From Candidatus Uhrbacteria bacterium (lineage in GTDB: Bacteria > Patescibacteriota > Patescibacteriia > GWA2-47-26), in contig JACPJN010000007.1 of assembly GCA_016187515.1 (NCBI GenBank), forward strand, positions 140,336-204,335: a stretch of DNA of 64,000 nt. Reading direction: 5' to 3'. Of the stretch, positions 46,875 through 56,918 are shown in pieces (within the stretch, counting starts at the first letter, position 1; each line of letters opens with the position of its first letter). Under the pieces are notes generated by a model, which was given only the letters and a program-made list of their open reading frames with translations, searched no databases and had not been told where the DNA came from. A program made the position numbers and the translations under genes.

Positions 46875-47878
46875 GCAAAGTGTGCTACGATGTTTTTAGT
46901 TAACCGAGCGAGCGTTCCATGCGCTGCTTCAAAAGTGCCAACCAGTTGATAAGCGGTTCCACGGAAACCAGACTTAAAACGGAGGATACCCTCCGGGGTC
47001 TCCTTCGGATGTACGCCTCCAAGATCGAGTAAGAGAAACCCTCGCTGTTTCAACCCAAGGAGCGCGTTCCAAAAAAGCAATCTTCCCGCATTACTCTGCC
47101 GGCCTTCTTCATTCAATGTCTCGGCCAAAAATTCAGCCGTATGCCCATAGCAACCAAATAGAATACTCCCTTGACTTTGTTTGTCTTTATATCCTCGTAT
47201 AATATACATCTTGCGCTCTAATGGAAGGAGATTCTGCAACGTGCGAATAAAATGCGGGGTAAAATTTGTTTTAAACCTCTTCCTCTGCAAGAAAATCTGA
47301 TATTCTTCATTGATCCTTTGGACAAAATTCTCTGAACTGCCAACTTCGTAACTAAGCCCGGACTCCTCCGCTTTCTTAAGTCCACGTCTCCAATTTTGGC
47401 TCAACTGCTCTCGTAGGTCATCTACATCTTTTGTAAGATCAACCCGAGCAGAAATCCATTGCGACTTAGGAATAATCTGTAAACCGCATTCCTCCATCAA
47501 TTGTAACGAGGAAGGACTATCCGGGAGTGTCGGCACGATGCGAAGATACATCCTCCGCTCATCAACCCAATACCTCTTGAGGGTGAAACTCATTTCCTGG
47601 AGTAGATCACTGTAGGGCGCACCATAAAGCTTCGCGAGTGGTGCGCGGTTTATCCATACCAATCCTCGGCGCGTAAAAGGTAACGTCTTCACTAATGCCT
47701 GCGCAGCTCCTACGATCTTTCCATGTACCCGAAACAAGTGGCGAAAGACCTGCCATCCTTGAGTAATGCGTTTTGCTTCGCCATATTCCCAAAGCTGCAT
47801 GAAATTCAGATCTTCAAATTGTACTACAACAGCATTCCATTCCTCCTGCAAAAAATTTCTCGTCTCCATTGTTAGCAT
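46871..47878 (-). CDS. FemAB/BioF2-like GNAT-fold acyl/aminoacyl transferase
   Basis: Two-lobe FemAB-like pattern, about 335 aa. Tentative. Confidence 0.45.
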   Translation of the reverse strand: MLTMETRNFLQEEWNAVVVQFEDLNFMQLWEYGEAKRITQGWQVFRHLFRVHGKIVGAAQALVKTLPFTRRGLVWINRAPLAKLYGAPYSDLLQEMSFTLKRYWVDERRMYLRIVPTLPDSPSSLQLMEECGLQIIPKSQWISARVDLTKDVDDLREQLSQNWRRGLKKAEESGLSYEVGSSENFVQRINEEYQIFLQRKRFKTNFTPHFIRTLQNLLPLERKMYIIRGYKDKQSQGSILFGCYGHTAEFLAETLNEEGRQSNAGRLLFWNALLGLKQRGFLLLDLGGVHPKETPEGILRFKSGFRGTAYQLVGTFEAAHGTLARLTKNIVAHFA

Positions 47879-47923
47879 ACATTCATACCTCCAGCCTACT
47901 ATAATAACTCTACTTTTTAATGC

Positions 47924-48550
47924 TTACACATGCTCGAAGTTCCATCGCTCATAAAATCGCACCGCCGAAGGCCTCCGGCCATCAATCACAAGCAGAAGTC
48001 GTCGACATCCTTGCTGTCTCGCATAATCAAGAATTCTTACAAGTACGGAGGAATATACAAGAGTTCCGCGCGCACTAGGGTGAGTAAATACAGGACCAAC
48101 ATAGGCATCTCCTTTCTTTGCTTTGCGTCGCTGAGACCATACCTTCATAAAGGGTGATGCGGTTGCATCATGGAAAAACCATGCATAGTGAATAATTTTA
48201 CCTTCTCTTTCTGCAATAAAACATTGCGCACGAGGATCTCCCAATCTTAAAAAGTAATGCTTATCATACTCGTGCTCCTTTATAAGCACAGGAAATAAAT
48301 CACGGGTTATTTGCTTATAATCCGCGGGGGTTGCAATATGAATTTTTAGCAAGTCTGAAATTGGAAATTGAATCAGAGGTCGATCGAGGGAATACGCAAA
48401 GCATACCAAATGTCGCTCCTCAAAAAGATGATAATGCGCGTATTTTAATATTTTCCGCCCGAAATCCATAGCATTACACTTCCATGCTCTGATCAATGAT
48501 GAACATTGTTTCATAGCAATCACCAAGAGAAATGATGTGTCATCGTACAA
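47924..48550 (-). CDS. GNAT family N-acetyltransferase
   Basis: Q/RxxGxG/A-like motif GPVFTHPSARGTL. About 200 aa. Confidence 0.5.
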   Translation of the reverse strand: MYDDTSFLLVIAMKQCSSLIRAWKCNAMDFGRKILKYAHYHLFEERHLVCFAYSLDRPLIQFPISDLLKIHIATPADYKQITRDLFPVLIKEHEYDKHYFLRLGDPRAQCFIAEREGKIIHYAWFFHDATASPFMKVWSQRRKAKKGDAYVGPVFTHPSARGTLVYSSVLVRILDYARQQGCRRLLLVIDGRRPSAVRFYERWNFEHV

Positions 48551-50367
48551 GGGAGATTCGCCTTACAATAAACTTTCGTCGTCAGAGAAGGTATCATAAC
48601 ACCGTAGGCGGGGCATGTCCAATCCGAAATCGTCTCAGGTGCCCCAGTGGAATGCCGGCTATATATTCCTTCAATGCCTGGAGCAAAATGAAAAAAAGTT
48701 TCAACCGCATGAGCGCGCGCGCCATATAATTCGTCTTCTACCTCGAACGCAGGACGATTGCACTGAACTTTGAAGCGGCGTGTGTGCTTAATCATATCGC
48801 CTTGGATCCGAAGAAAACCAGTATGGCTGATTGAAAACACGAATTGATCGCCGATCTTTTGCCACTGCGCGAACACATTACGCTTCTGATAAAACGCCGG
48901 AAACTTCTGCGCACGGTCATAAAGAAATGGACCCAAACTATCTATAGTAAGTGATGTATGTGCCGAAGCTCCGCCGCTATAGATATACAAAGGGTCGCTT
49001 GCTTTATAGGTTGGCCTTCCTGGGTCAATAACTACCGGCACCCCGGAAGCAAAAAATACAAAAGAGCACACATCTGCATGACCATGCGATGCGCGGTGAA
49101 TCATGCATGCTTGCGGGATGTGCCAAAAAAGCGTATGAACACCATGGTTCAAACGAAACCAGCCGCTTTCCGGAAACGCTTGCCACCCTCCCCTAGCCCC
49201 TCCCACAAGTGGAGGGGGATTTCCATTTACTACCTCTCCCTTTATGGGAGAGGGTTGGGGTGAGGGTGATCCTATCAAAGGCATCAGATAGTGGATCAAC
49301 CACTCCGGCGTACAATCCGGCGATACATCCCCGATAAGCGGTATCTGCCAGTGTCCATCTGTATCCTCCACCAGAAAAAACCAACACCGCTCTGCAAGTT
49401 TTTTAACCCATGGCGCAAGACACATCTCCATTTCCTGATGCCCTGTTTCCTGCGCAAGTTCATACATCTCCAATATCCAGCGGGTAAAAAGTAAATGATA
49501 ATGGCTTGACTCTTCGCGCAAAAATCCATCCTCGGTTACAAGCCATGGCAATGCGTCTTTAACAATAGCAAATGCCAAATCTGATAACTCTTTTGCCTTA
49601 AGCATTTGTCCGGCAAAAAATAGCGCGCGTGCGTTATTAACCACATGATTGCCGGTTCCGCGCGTTCCGTGGTATTCCAAATGCCGTGCCACATGGTATG
49701 CCATCTCTAACAGTGCCGCACTAATATCTTTCGGGGTCTCCGATCTCTGTTGCGCAAAAAACAACAACGCATTTACCATTCGCTCCCCTGTGGTATACGT
49801 TGTCCCGGAAATCCCTTCCGGAACCGGCCTCATTGCCGAAAGCCAAGAACGCATCAACGTAACACCTTGCTCATTGTCCATCTCATCGTAGATTAGCCAA
49901 TGCCAGCGGTGGAGCGACATGGTCTGCTCCGGATCGTCAAATTGTGTGTGCCAGTTCGGTTCACCATCGTACTCGAGAAATCCGGTGGCGAGTTTAAGGC
50001 GACCGCACGCGATACCGTCATTCTGAGGAATCGGAGATGACGAAGAATCCCGTGGGTACGTGGACGGGATCCTTCGTTGTCGCTCAGGATGACGAATTAT
50101 AGAATTAAACGCCCTCCGCACCTCTTTCGGATAATTCCACACCGGCGGAGTATAACGATATTGCAATGAAAACAAACCACGACGCACGAAAAAAAGTAAA
50201 GTCCGCGCGCAAAAAATCGGATTCACACAACGCCATAGTAAATTGCGGACTTCATTGGTCATACAGCTTTTGTAACGGCATGCCGGTCTGCAAAGAAACG
50301 GTAAGTCGTTGATACACATCGGCAACCTGTGCATAATCAAACTCTCACAACGCATTCTTAAGTTCAT
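48520..50367 (-). CDS. heparinase II/III-like domain protein (start probably internal)
   Basis: SHGHADVCSF motif of the Hepar_II_III family. In-frame insert SPSPQPSPIKGEVVNGNPPPLVGGARGG from a palindromic element. Confidence 0.5.
   Translation of the reverse strand: MNLRMRCESLIMHRLPMCINDLPFLCRPACRYKSCMTNEVRNLLWRCVNPIFCARTLLFFVRRGLFSLQYRYTPPVWNYPKEVRRAFNSIIRHPERQRRIPSTYPRDSSSSPIPQNDGIACGRLKLATGFLEYDGEPNWHTQFDDPEQTMSLHRWHWLIYDEMDNEQGVTLMRSWLSAMRPVPEGISGTTYTTGERMVNALLFFAQQRSETPKDISAALLEMAYHVARHLEYHGTRGTGNHVVNNARALFFAGQMLKAKELSDLAFAIVKDALPWLVTEDGFLREESSHYHLLFTRWILEMYELAQETGHQEMEMCLAPWVKKLAERCWFFLVEDTDGHWQIPLIGDVSPDCTPEWLIHYLMPLIGSPSPQPSPIKGEVVNGNPPPLVGGARGGWQAFPESGWFRLNHGVHTLFWHIPQACMIHRASHGHADVCSFVFFASGVPVVIDPGRPTYKASDPLYIYSGGASAHTSLTIDSLGPFLYDRAQKFPAFYQKRNVFAQWQKIGDQFVFSISHTGFLRIQGDMIKHTRRFKVQCNRPAFEVEDELYGARAHAVETFFHFAPGIEGIYSRHSTGAPETISDWTCPAYGVMIPSLTTKVYCKANLPCTMTHHFSW
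49186..49270. repeat. composite CTCCCC-GGGGAG palindromic element copy i, in-frame inside the heparinase-like CDS
   Basis: CCCCTCCCAC AAGT GGAGGGGG at 49197-49218 and CTCTCCCTTTATGGGAGAGGG at 49234-49254. Confidence 0.6.
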
Positions 50368-50368
50368 T

Positions 50369-51394
50369 TCATTTTTTTATGCACGCGGTAACAATACGCC
50401 AAAGCCATGGGGGGGCGTCTGCTATGCGCACAATGCGAATGTGCCCGTCGCGTACGCGGATACCGGAGGAATCGGACTTGACCGCAGTGACGTATCTGCC
50501 GTGCAAATAGACGCCGCCAAACGCACGGATACGGCGCTCAATTTCCGCAACACTCAGCGCACGCGCATCATCTATAGTAGCAAACCGCTTCAATGCCTTG
50601 CATGAATAAGACGACGCCTCACCGTGCTGCGGCGTACCCGCACTCCTGCTCGTGATAAGGGTGAGGAGTTCCGGCACGCGCGTCGCTGCCAAAAGCACCT
50701 TTTTCCATTCATGCGCATACCATCCTTCTCTACGATCAACCGGTACTGCGTCCTGAATAAGCACATTGCCTGCATCAAGCCCCTCGGTCAGGATATGGAA
50801 GGTAAAACCGGTATGTGTTTGTTGATGGTAGAGTGAAAGCGATGTCGCGCCAATGCCGCGGTAACGCGGGAGCAGCGAGTTATGGTAATTAACACCATAC
50901 GCAAAACGCGCAAGCAGGGCAGCAGAAAGTATCTGGTGATTTGCGACAGAAAAAATAATGTTTGCGTGCGCGGTCAACAGAGCCAGCATGTCAGGCATAT
51001 CTATCCGCCCTCCCTTTTTGTTCAGCACCGGAATGCCGTGTTGTTCGGCAAGCTGCTTAAGCGGTGTATAGCTGCGAAACTGCTTATCAGGATTGAGGGA
51101 GCGTTTCACCCACTGCTCTACGCTCGCGCAACGGCTACGTAACCGCTGAACGCTCCGCATCGGGACCGACTCTACCACACAGCCAATGCTGATATCGGTG
51201 CGCTCTCGCGTCACCGCGATCAACGATTCCAAGAGCACGGAACTAATAAATGACTGCGCGGTTCCGATGACGGCAATGCGATCCGCAACACCATCATGTC
51301 CCGGTGCAACATTGTACTTATAAGCCATACGGCGAGACATAATTCTGCGAATGAAAGGGAAAAAGACACTACTCATATGATAAAAGCATATCAA
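50369..51394 (-). CDS. formyltransferase-domain protein (second copy)
   Basis: HNSLLPRYRG and GFTFHILTEGLDAGNVLIQ motifs. Confidence 0.6.
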   Translation of the reverse strand: MICFYHMSSVFFPFIRRIMSRRMAYKYNVAPGHDGVADRIAVIGTAQSFISSVLLESLIAVTRERTDISIGCVVESVPMRSVQRLRSRCASVEQWVKRSLNPDKQFRSYTPLKQLAEQHGIPVLNKKGGRIDMPDMLALLTAHANIIFSVANHQILSAALLARFAYGVNYHNSLLPRYRGIGATSLSLYHQQTHTGFTFHILTEGLDAGNVLIQDAVPVDRREGWYAHEWKKVLLAATRVPELLTLITSRSAGTPQHGEASSYSCKALKRFATIDDARALSVAEIERRIRAFGGVYLHGRYVTAVKSDSSGIRVRDGHIRIVRIADAPPWLWRIVTACIKK

Positions 51395-51415
51395 AAATGG
51401 TATGTCTCCTTAATT

Positions 51416-51931
51416 TCAATCAAATCGTGTAATTGATAATGATCTATCATATTTTGACAACCCGATTTTTGCAAAACGCCGCAACGCAGACATAAGGCGC
51501 TCATTAAACATACCGTGCTGTACCAGCCAATCGCGCCGGCAGACTACAGCCGAAGTGGCAAACGGACAATTGCGAAAAAGCTGACGAGGTACAATCATGC
51601 CTTGATACCTCTTTGCAAGATTGAGTGGCTCTTCGCGCCCATCTAAAAATCGATGATATTGATCGTGGTAGAAAAAATTGGTCCGGGGGTACTGTGAATC
51701 AGAACACATCCTTTGGCTGCTCCGATAAACCTCGCGATAATTGCGCTCCAAATCTTTCTCGTTTGGCACAGGATATGCAAAACCGATGCACTCTTCCGGA
51801 CACCAGTATAGACCCATTGACTGCGAAAATATCCCTTGATCTTCATTAAAAGGAGACCAGTACTGATCTATAAATCGCGCGGGCCTTACACAAAAACGGC
51901 AAGCAATGGAGGGAATGGTTTGGGTGGGCAT
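51416..51931 (-). CDS. hypothetical Cys4 (putative zinc-ribbon) protein
   Basis: CRFC...CPEEC. Start trimmed to MPTQ to avoid overlap with the divergent 51998 gene. Confidence 0.3.
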   Translation of the reverse strand: MPTQTIPSIACRFCVRPARFIDQYWSPFNEDQGIFSQSMGLYWCPEECIGFAYPVPNEKDLERNYREVYRSSQRMCSDSQYPRTNFFYHDQYHRFLDGREEPLNLAKRYQGMIVPRQLFRNCPFATSAVVCRRDWLVQHGMFNERLMSALRRFAKIGLSKYDRSLSITRFD

Positions 51932-51997
51932 AACGTAACTATTGGCAAAAATTTCTAAAGATGGTAGTATCGTATAGAATACGATATTATTCTTTCT

Positions 51998-52921
51998 ATG
52001 TCCAGTCAGATTAACCTGGCACTTATTGGTAGGGGACACTGGGGAAAGGTATACGAAAGAACGATCACCGGCCTTACGCAAGTGACCGCCGGAGGTTATT
52101 CCGTCTCCCTCCTCCAACACATCTTTGGGAAAGATTACAAAGAGGCATTCACGCACCCCCAAATGCGTAACGTGGATGGAATCATTGTGGCCTCCTCAAC
52201 CTCCGCGCACTATGAAATTGCCGCCCACCTTTTCTCACGGGGTTTCCGCAATCTGCTTATTGAAAAACCGCTGACGAGAACGTATGAAGAAGCGCAGAAA
52301 CTGCAAGAGCTTGCGCAAAAGCATCCTGAGGCGATTCTAATGGTGGACCATACCTTGCTTTACGATCCGGCGGTACGCCTGATGAAAGAGCAGGCAACGC
52401 ACACCATAGGCACGATCAAACACGTCAATTATACGAGTCTAAAAACGCCCCTGATTGAGGGCAACACGATCATTCCGGACGCGGGCTCGCCCCCAATATA
52501 TCTTTTTTTGGATATTGCCGGAGCTTCTCCTTTAAGCATTGCCGCAAAGCCAAAAGAAAACGACAACGTGGAGATTACGGTTGAATTCAAGAATGGGATG
52601 CGTGCGGTTGCCAAAATCGGTAGTGTCTATTCCGAGCGAAAAAGAGAGATCGTGTTTTCCGGCGAGCATGGTACGCTTATGCTTACAGAATTTATGAACC
52701 CGCGGGAGATCATTTTTGCCGATCTGAATGGGAACCAAACACCCTTAGCGTTTCCGACCGACCGCACCGCGCTTGAGGGCGCACTCTTGGAGTTTGCTGA
52801 GTGCATCGCAGATAAAAAACAGCCGGCCACACCGTTTTCCGCCGGAGCTGAGGTGGTCAAAATGATTGAACTGGCGGAACAATCATTTAAAAAAGGGGGT
52901 GAACCCGTACTATGCATATGA
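51998..52921 (+). CDS. Gfo/Idh/MocA family oxidoreductase (sugar-nucleotide keto-reductase/dehydrogenase)
   Basis: LALIGRGHWGKVY Rossmann N-terminus and EKPL motif. Confidence 0.72.
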   Translation: MSSQINLALIGRGHWGKVYERTITGLTQVTAGGYSVSLLQHIFGKDYKEAFTHPQMRNVDGIIVASSTSAHYEIAAHLFSRGFRNLLIEKPLTRTYEEAQKLQELAQKHPEAILMVDHTLLYDPAVRLMKEQATHTIGTIKHVNYTSLKTPLIEGNTIIPDAGSPPIYLFLDIAGASPLSIAAKPKENDNVEITVEFKNGMRAVAKIGSVYSERKREIVFSGEHGTLMLTEFMNPREIIFADLNGNQTPLAFPTDRTALEGALLEFAECIADKKQPATPFSAGAEVVKMIELAEQSFKKGGEPVLCI

Positions 52922-54063
52922 GAGTGCCATTCAACATTCCCTACCTAACCGGTAAAGAAGAAGAATATATCCTAGCGGCGTTAAAATCGCGCGCGCACTG
53001 CGGTAATAATGAATTTTCCAAACGCTGCATCGCGTTCATGAAAAAAAAATATGGTTTCAGCGAAGTGTTTTTAAATACCTCTTGTTCCACCGCTATGGAA
53101 ATGGGGGCAATGCTCGCCGGGGTAGGCCCGGGAGATGAAGTCATTCTACCTTCCTACACTTTTAGCTCTACCGCAAACGCTGTACTTCGACAAGGTGCGC
53201 GTCCGGTATTTTGCGAGATAGAACCGGACACCATGAATATTGATGTCGCTAAAATCAATGCTCTTATTACTAAAAAAACAAAGATGATTATCCCAGTTGA
53301 TTACGCAGGAATTCCCTGTGATATAGATCCTATCATGGAGATTGCGCACAGACATAATCTCATTGTGATGGTTGATGCGGCACAATCGTTTCACTCTTTT
53401 TATAAAGGAAAGCCCGCAGCAGCGATTCCCGATCTTGCGGCATTTAGTTTTCATGAAACAAAAAATGTTACCTGCGGCGAAGGGGGCGCGCTAGTGGTAA
53501 ATAAACCGGAATGGATTGAACGTGCACATTTCTTGCAGGAAAAAGGTACTGACCGCAAACTCGTACTTGACGGTGTAAAAAACAAATACCAATGGGTGGA
53601 TATTGGTTCAAGCTTTCTGCTTTCCGATATTCTCGCCGCGATGCTTTTGGCGCAAATTGAGGAAGTGGAAAATATGGTGCAGGAAAGAGCAAAGTTGACT
53701 TTTGCCTATTACACACTTCTTGAACCATATGAAAAAGCGGGTCGTATCACGATTCCACACCCACCTGCCCATACCGAGGTAAATCATCATGCGTTTTTTG
53801 TCATCTTTGACATCAAAGAAAACCGCCAACGATTCCTCGCACTCCTGCGCGAAAAAGAAATCTCGGCCTATATCGGCTATGTACCTTTACATTCCTCCAC
53901 CATGGGGCTACGTTTAGGTTACAAACCTGAAGACCTTCCTTTAACTGAGGATATCGGCTCGCGCATTGTACGCTTACCGTTCTACACAGATTTGCCGAAA
54001 AACGGCATGGATTACTGTATAACCGAGATGAAAAACGTACTTTCCACGCTTTATGAACATTGA
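52912..54063 (+). CDS. DegT/DnrJ/EryC1/StrS family sugar aminotransferase
   Basis: FSFHETKNVTCGEGG PLP-lysine motif. Confidence 0.85.
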   Translation: MHMRVPFNIPYLTGKEEEYILAALKSRAHCGNNEFSKRCIAFMKKKYGFSEVFLNTSCSTAMEMGAMLAGVGPGDEVILPSYTFSSTANAVLRQGARPVFCEIEPDTMNIDVAKINALITKKTKMIIPVDYAGIPCDIDPIMEIAHRHNLIVMVDAAQSFHSFYKGKPAAAIPDLAAFSFHETKNVTCGEGGALVVNKPEWIERAHFLQEKGTDRKLVLDGVKNKYQWVDIGSSFLLSDILAAMLLAQIEEVENMVQERAKLTFAYYTLLEPYEKAGRITIPHPPAHTEVNHHAFFVIFDIKENRQRFLALLREKEISAYIGYVPLHSSTMGLRLGYKPEDLPLTEDIGSRIVRLPFYTDLPKNGMDYCITEMKNVLSTLYEH

Positions 54064-55582
54064 CGCGGATACCGCAAAAAACGCGATTGATCGCCTTTAT
54101 GATGAACTCCGACAGATTCTTCATTTTTCCGGCGAATCAAAAAATGTGGATTTTTATCTGTCAGCTCTGATCAAATACAATCCGTTTAACGGTACGGAGG
54201 AAATTGAGGGGTGGCTTCGTTCTCTAAACAGCCAGCAATATTTTTCCGTCCAGCAAATTCCACTGCGAGAATTACGCCAATGGAGTTTTCATCCGACTAC
54301 CGGCAACCTTGAACATGCCTCCGGCGGATTTTTCAGCATTCGCGGCTTGAAAGTTAGGACTAACATCGGGTCAGTCACGGAATGGTCCCAACCGATTATT
54401 TACCAGCCGGATATTGGAATTTTAGGGATAATTACAAAAAAATTTCATGGCATCTTATATTTTTTGATACAAGCTAAGGCGGAACCAGGCAACCTGAACA
54501 ACTATCAGCTTTCCCCGACCGTCCAGGCCACGCGCAGCAACTACACGCGCCTGCATGGTGGAAAATCGACTTTGTATCTTGAGCATTTTTTAGGCGACCA
54601 GCCAGCACACGTGCTGATTGATCAATTGCAATCCGAGCAAGGCGCCAGGTTTTTCTGCAAACGCAATCGGAATATGATCGTGCGTCTTCGTGATGATGAA
54701 AACATCGAGCTGGGACCATACCACCGTTGGGTAACCTTAGGGCAACTGCACACCCTTCTGCAAAAAAATAATGTTGTAAACATGGACACGCGTTCGGTTA
54801 TTTCGGAAATTAATTTTGCTCCAGAACGCGTATCCTCGCTTGAGCCGGTGCGTGCCTCTGCCCTGCGTGCCGCACTCGAGGCCTCACCGCTGGTTCAAAA
54901 ACCGATCTTTGATCTGGCCGTGTCGCTCATGATTTCTCTGCATCCAAACACTACGCCTCTCCATACTACGGAAGAGCTTCTGCAAAAAATAACCAGAGAA
55001 AAATGCAAAATCATTCTGGAGCGTCAGCTTATTCCTCTAAATGAAGTTACCCACTGGCCCCAAACAGCAAATGAAATTTTCCACGAAAAGAAAAAGTATT
55101 TCTCAATTATCGGCGTGCAGATTCAGGCGCATGATCGCGAAGTTACGTCCTGGGACCAGCCCATCGTTAAGCAGCATCACGCTGGAATTATTGGTTTTAT
55201 TGCCAAAGAGATAAACGGAGTTATTCACTTCCTGGTTCAACTAAAAATGGAAAGCGGGGTTATGGATCTTCTGGAGATGGCGCCGACTGTCCAATGCATT
55301 ACTGACAACTATACTCCGGACGACATGCCGCTCTACACTCAAAAATTCCTCAATCATGAAGGCTGCGCCATTATCGCTGATTCCTACCAGTCCGAGGAGG
55401 GGGGAAGATTTTTTCAAGAATCAAATCACAACATTGTCTTGCTCGCCGATCAAATCTTCTCCGAAGCCGAGCCGCCATTTTTTATGTGGATGAGTCTGAA
55501 ACAGCTCAAAGAATTTATCCAATTCAGCAACTTCATCAACGTGGAGGCGCGAAGCTTATTAGCGTGCCTAAAAATGATATGA
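54053..55582 (+). CDS. NDP-hexose 2,3-dehydratase (EvaA/TylX3-like; duplicated Nudix-like halves)
   Basis: Internal duplication with QSEQGARFF and QSEEGGRFF. Size and pattern typical of NDP-hexose 2,3-dehydratases. Confidence 0.75.
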   Translation: MNIDADTAKNAIDRLYDELRQILHFSGESKNVDFYLSALIKYNPFNGTEEIEGWLRSLNSQQYFSVQQIPLRELRQWSFHPTTGNLEHASGGFFSIRGLKVRTNIGSVTEWSQPIIYQPDIGILGIITKKFHGILYFLIQAKAEPGNLNNYQLSPTVQATRSNYTRLHGGKSTLYLEHFLGDQPAHVLIDQLQSEQGARFFCKRNRNMIVRLRDDENIELGPYHRWVTLGQLHTLLQKNNVVNMDTRSVISEINFAPERVSSLEPVRASALRAALEASPLVQKPIFDLAVSLMISLHPNTTPLHTTEELLQKITREKCKIILERQLIPLNEVTHWPQTANEIFHEKKKYFSIIGVQIQAHDREVTSWDQPIVKQHHAGIIGFIAKEINGVIHFLVQLKMESGVMDLLEMAPTVQCITDNYTPDDMPLYTQKFLNHEGCAIIADSYQSEEGGRFFQESNHNIVLLADQIFSEAEPPFFMWMSLKQLKEFIQFSNFINVEARSLLACLKMI

Positions 55583-56904
55583 CTGCTCCCCGCAAAATAC
55601 GCCTCGGGCTTTTTATTTATACGCCGATGATTGGCGGCGCCGAACTTTATTTCAAAGACCTGCTTTGGAACCTTGACCGAGAGCAATTCACTGTGACTTT
55701 GTTTTGCGAACCATGGGACGAATTTGTCAGCTACTTAGACCTGCCCCATTGTCCGCCAGTTACCATTTGTACAATTAAAATGCGCGAAGTGGGCGGACAC
55801 TACGGCGCCAAGGAATTGACGGATGGGGCTGCGCCAAAGCAGTTGCGCTGGTCGGAAAAGAAATTATTGCGAGCCATCACCGCGCAAAAAAAACTTCGCT
55901 CCCCACTCTTGAAAATTCCGGGAAGAATTGTAAGGGCGTTCATGCATTATGGATTCATGGTTTCAAATACCGCGCGCTTATTTGCCGCATTCCGTAAAAA
56001 TCCGATTGACGTGCTGCATGTGATAAATGGAGGGTATCCGGGAGCGCAAAGCGCCCAGCTTGCCGCATTTGTGGCAAAACGCGCCGGATGCCAAAGAGCG
56101 CTCATGAGTGTCTGTAACACTCCGGTTCCCTACCATTTCCCAAAGACATACGAGCGACTACTCGACCGCTTGGTCCGGCGTTATTTTGACGCCGTTATTA
56201 TAGCTGGGGACTTTATAGGTAAACTTTTGATTGACCTCCGCGGATTTGATCGGACGCTCTTAAAAAAAATTCCGGAGGGAGTGGCTAGTCCGGAAGAATA
56301 CGGAGCCGCGCTTTACGGAGCGCCGACGCAGGGTCAGCGCTTAGAAAACCCAACCATAGCCATGGTAGCCGGTTTCCTTCCCCACAAGGGCCACCGCTTC
56401 TTACTGGAAGCCCTGGCGCTATTGCGCTCGGAATTCCCTAGCACCCGCGCAACGCTTATTGGCGACGGTCCAATACTCGGCGAAACGCGAGAGCTAGCTA
56501 ATCGCCTTGGTGTTTCAGATGCAGTCATTTTTGAGGGATTCCGTCCACTCAAAGAAATGCTGCAGATCGTGAATACCGCGGATATGTTGGTTCACCCCTC
56601 ACTTATGGAAGGAATGCCTTACGTCATTCTCCATGCTATGAGTTTAGGTAAACCGGTTATTGCAACACCTGTTGGTAGTATACCGGAAGTCGTCCTGCAT
56701 GAAAAAACCGGTTTTATTATTCCAGTAAATAACAGCGTCGCGCTCGCAAACGCCATACGCGGACTACTAACTAATGCGAATCGCGCCAAGGAAATGGGGA
56801 CTGCGGGGAAAAAAAGATACGATGAAAATTTTACTATTACAGTCATGGTACAGCGTCATACTGACCTTTATAAAACCCTCTACCAATCTAATCCTCGCCG
56901 CTAA
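55579..56904 (+). CDS. GT4 family glycosyltransferase
   Basis: EGMPYVILHAMSLGKPVIAT GT-B motif. ATGA overlap with the upstream gene. Confidence 0.72.
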   Translation: MTAPRKIRLGLFIYTPMIGGAELYFKDLLWNLDREQFTVTLFCEPWDEFVSYLDLPHCPPVTICTIKMREVGGHYGAKELTDGAAPKQLRWSEKKLLRAITAQKKLRSPLLKIPGRIVRAFMHYGFMVSNTARLFAAFRKNPIDVLHVINGGYPGAQSAQLAAFVAKRAGCQRALMSVCNTPVPYHFPKTYERLLDRLVRRYFDAVIIAGDFIGKLLIDLRGFDRTLLKKIPEGVASPEEYGAALYGAPTQGQRLENPTIAMVAGFLPHKGHRFLLEALALLRSEFPSTRATLIGDGPILGETRELANRLGVSDAVIFEGFRPLKEMLQIVNTADMLVHPSLMEGMPYVILHAMSLGKPVIATPVGSIPEVVLHEKTGFIIPVNNSVALANAIRGLLTNANRAKEMGTAGKKRYDENFTITVMVQRHTDLYKTLYQSNPRR

Positions 56905-56918
56905 AATTGCGCCAAACC

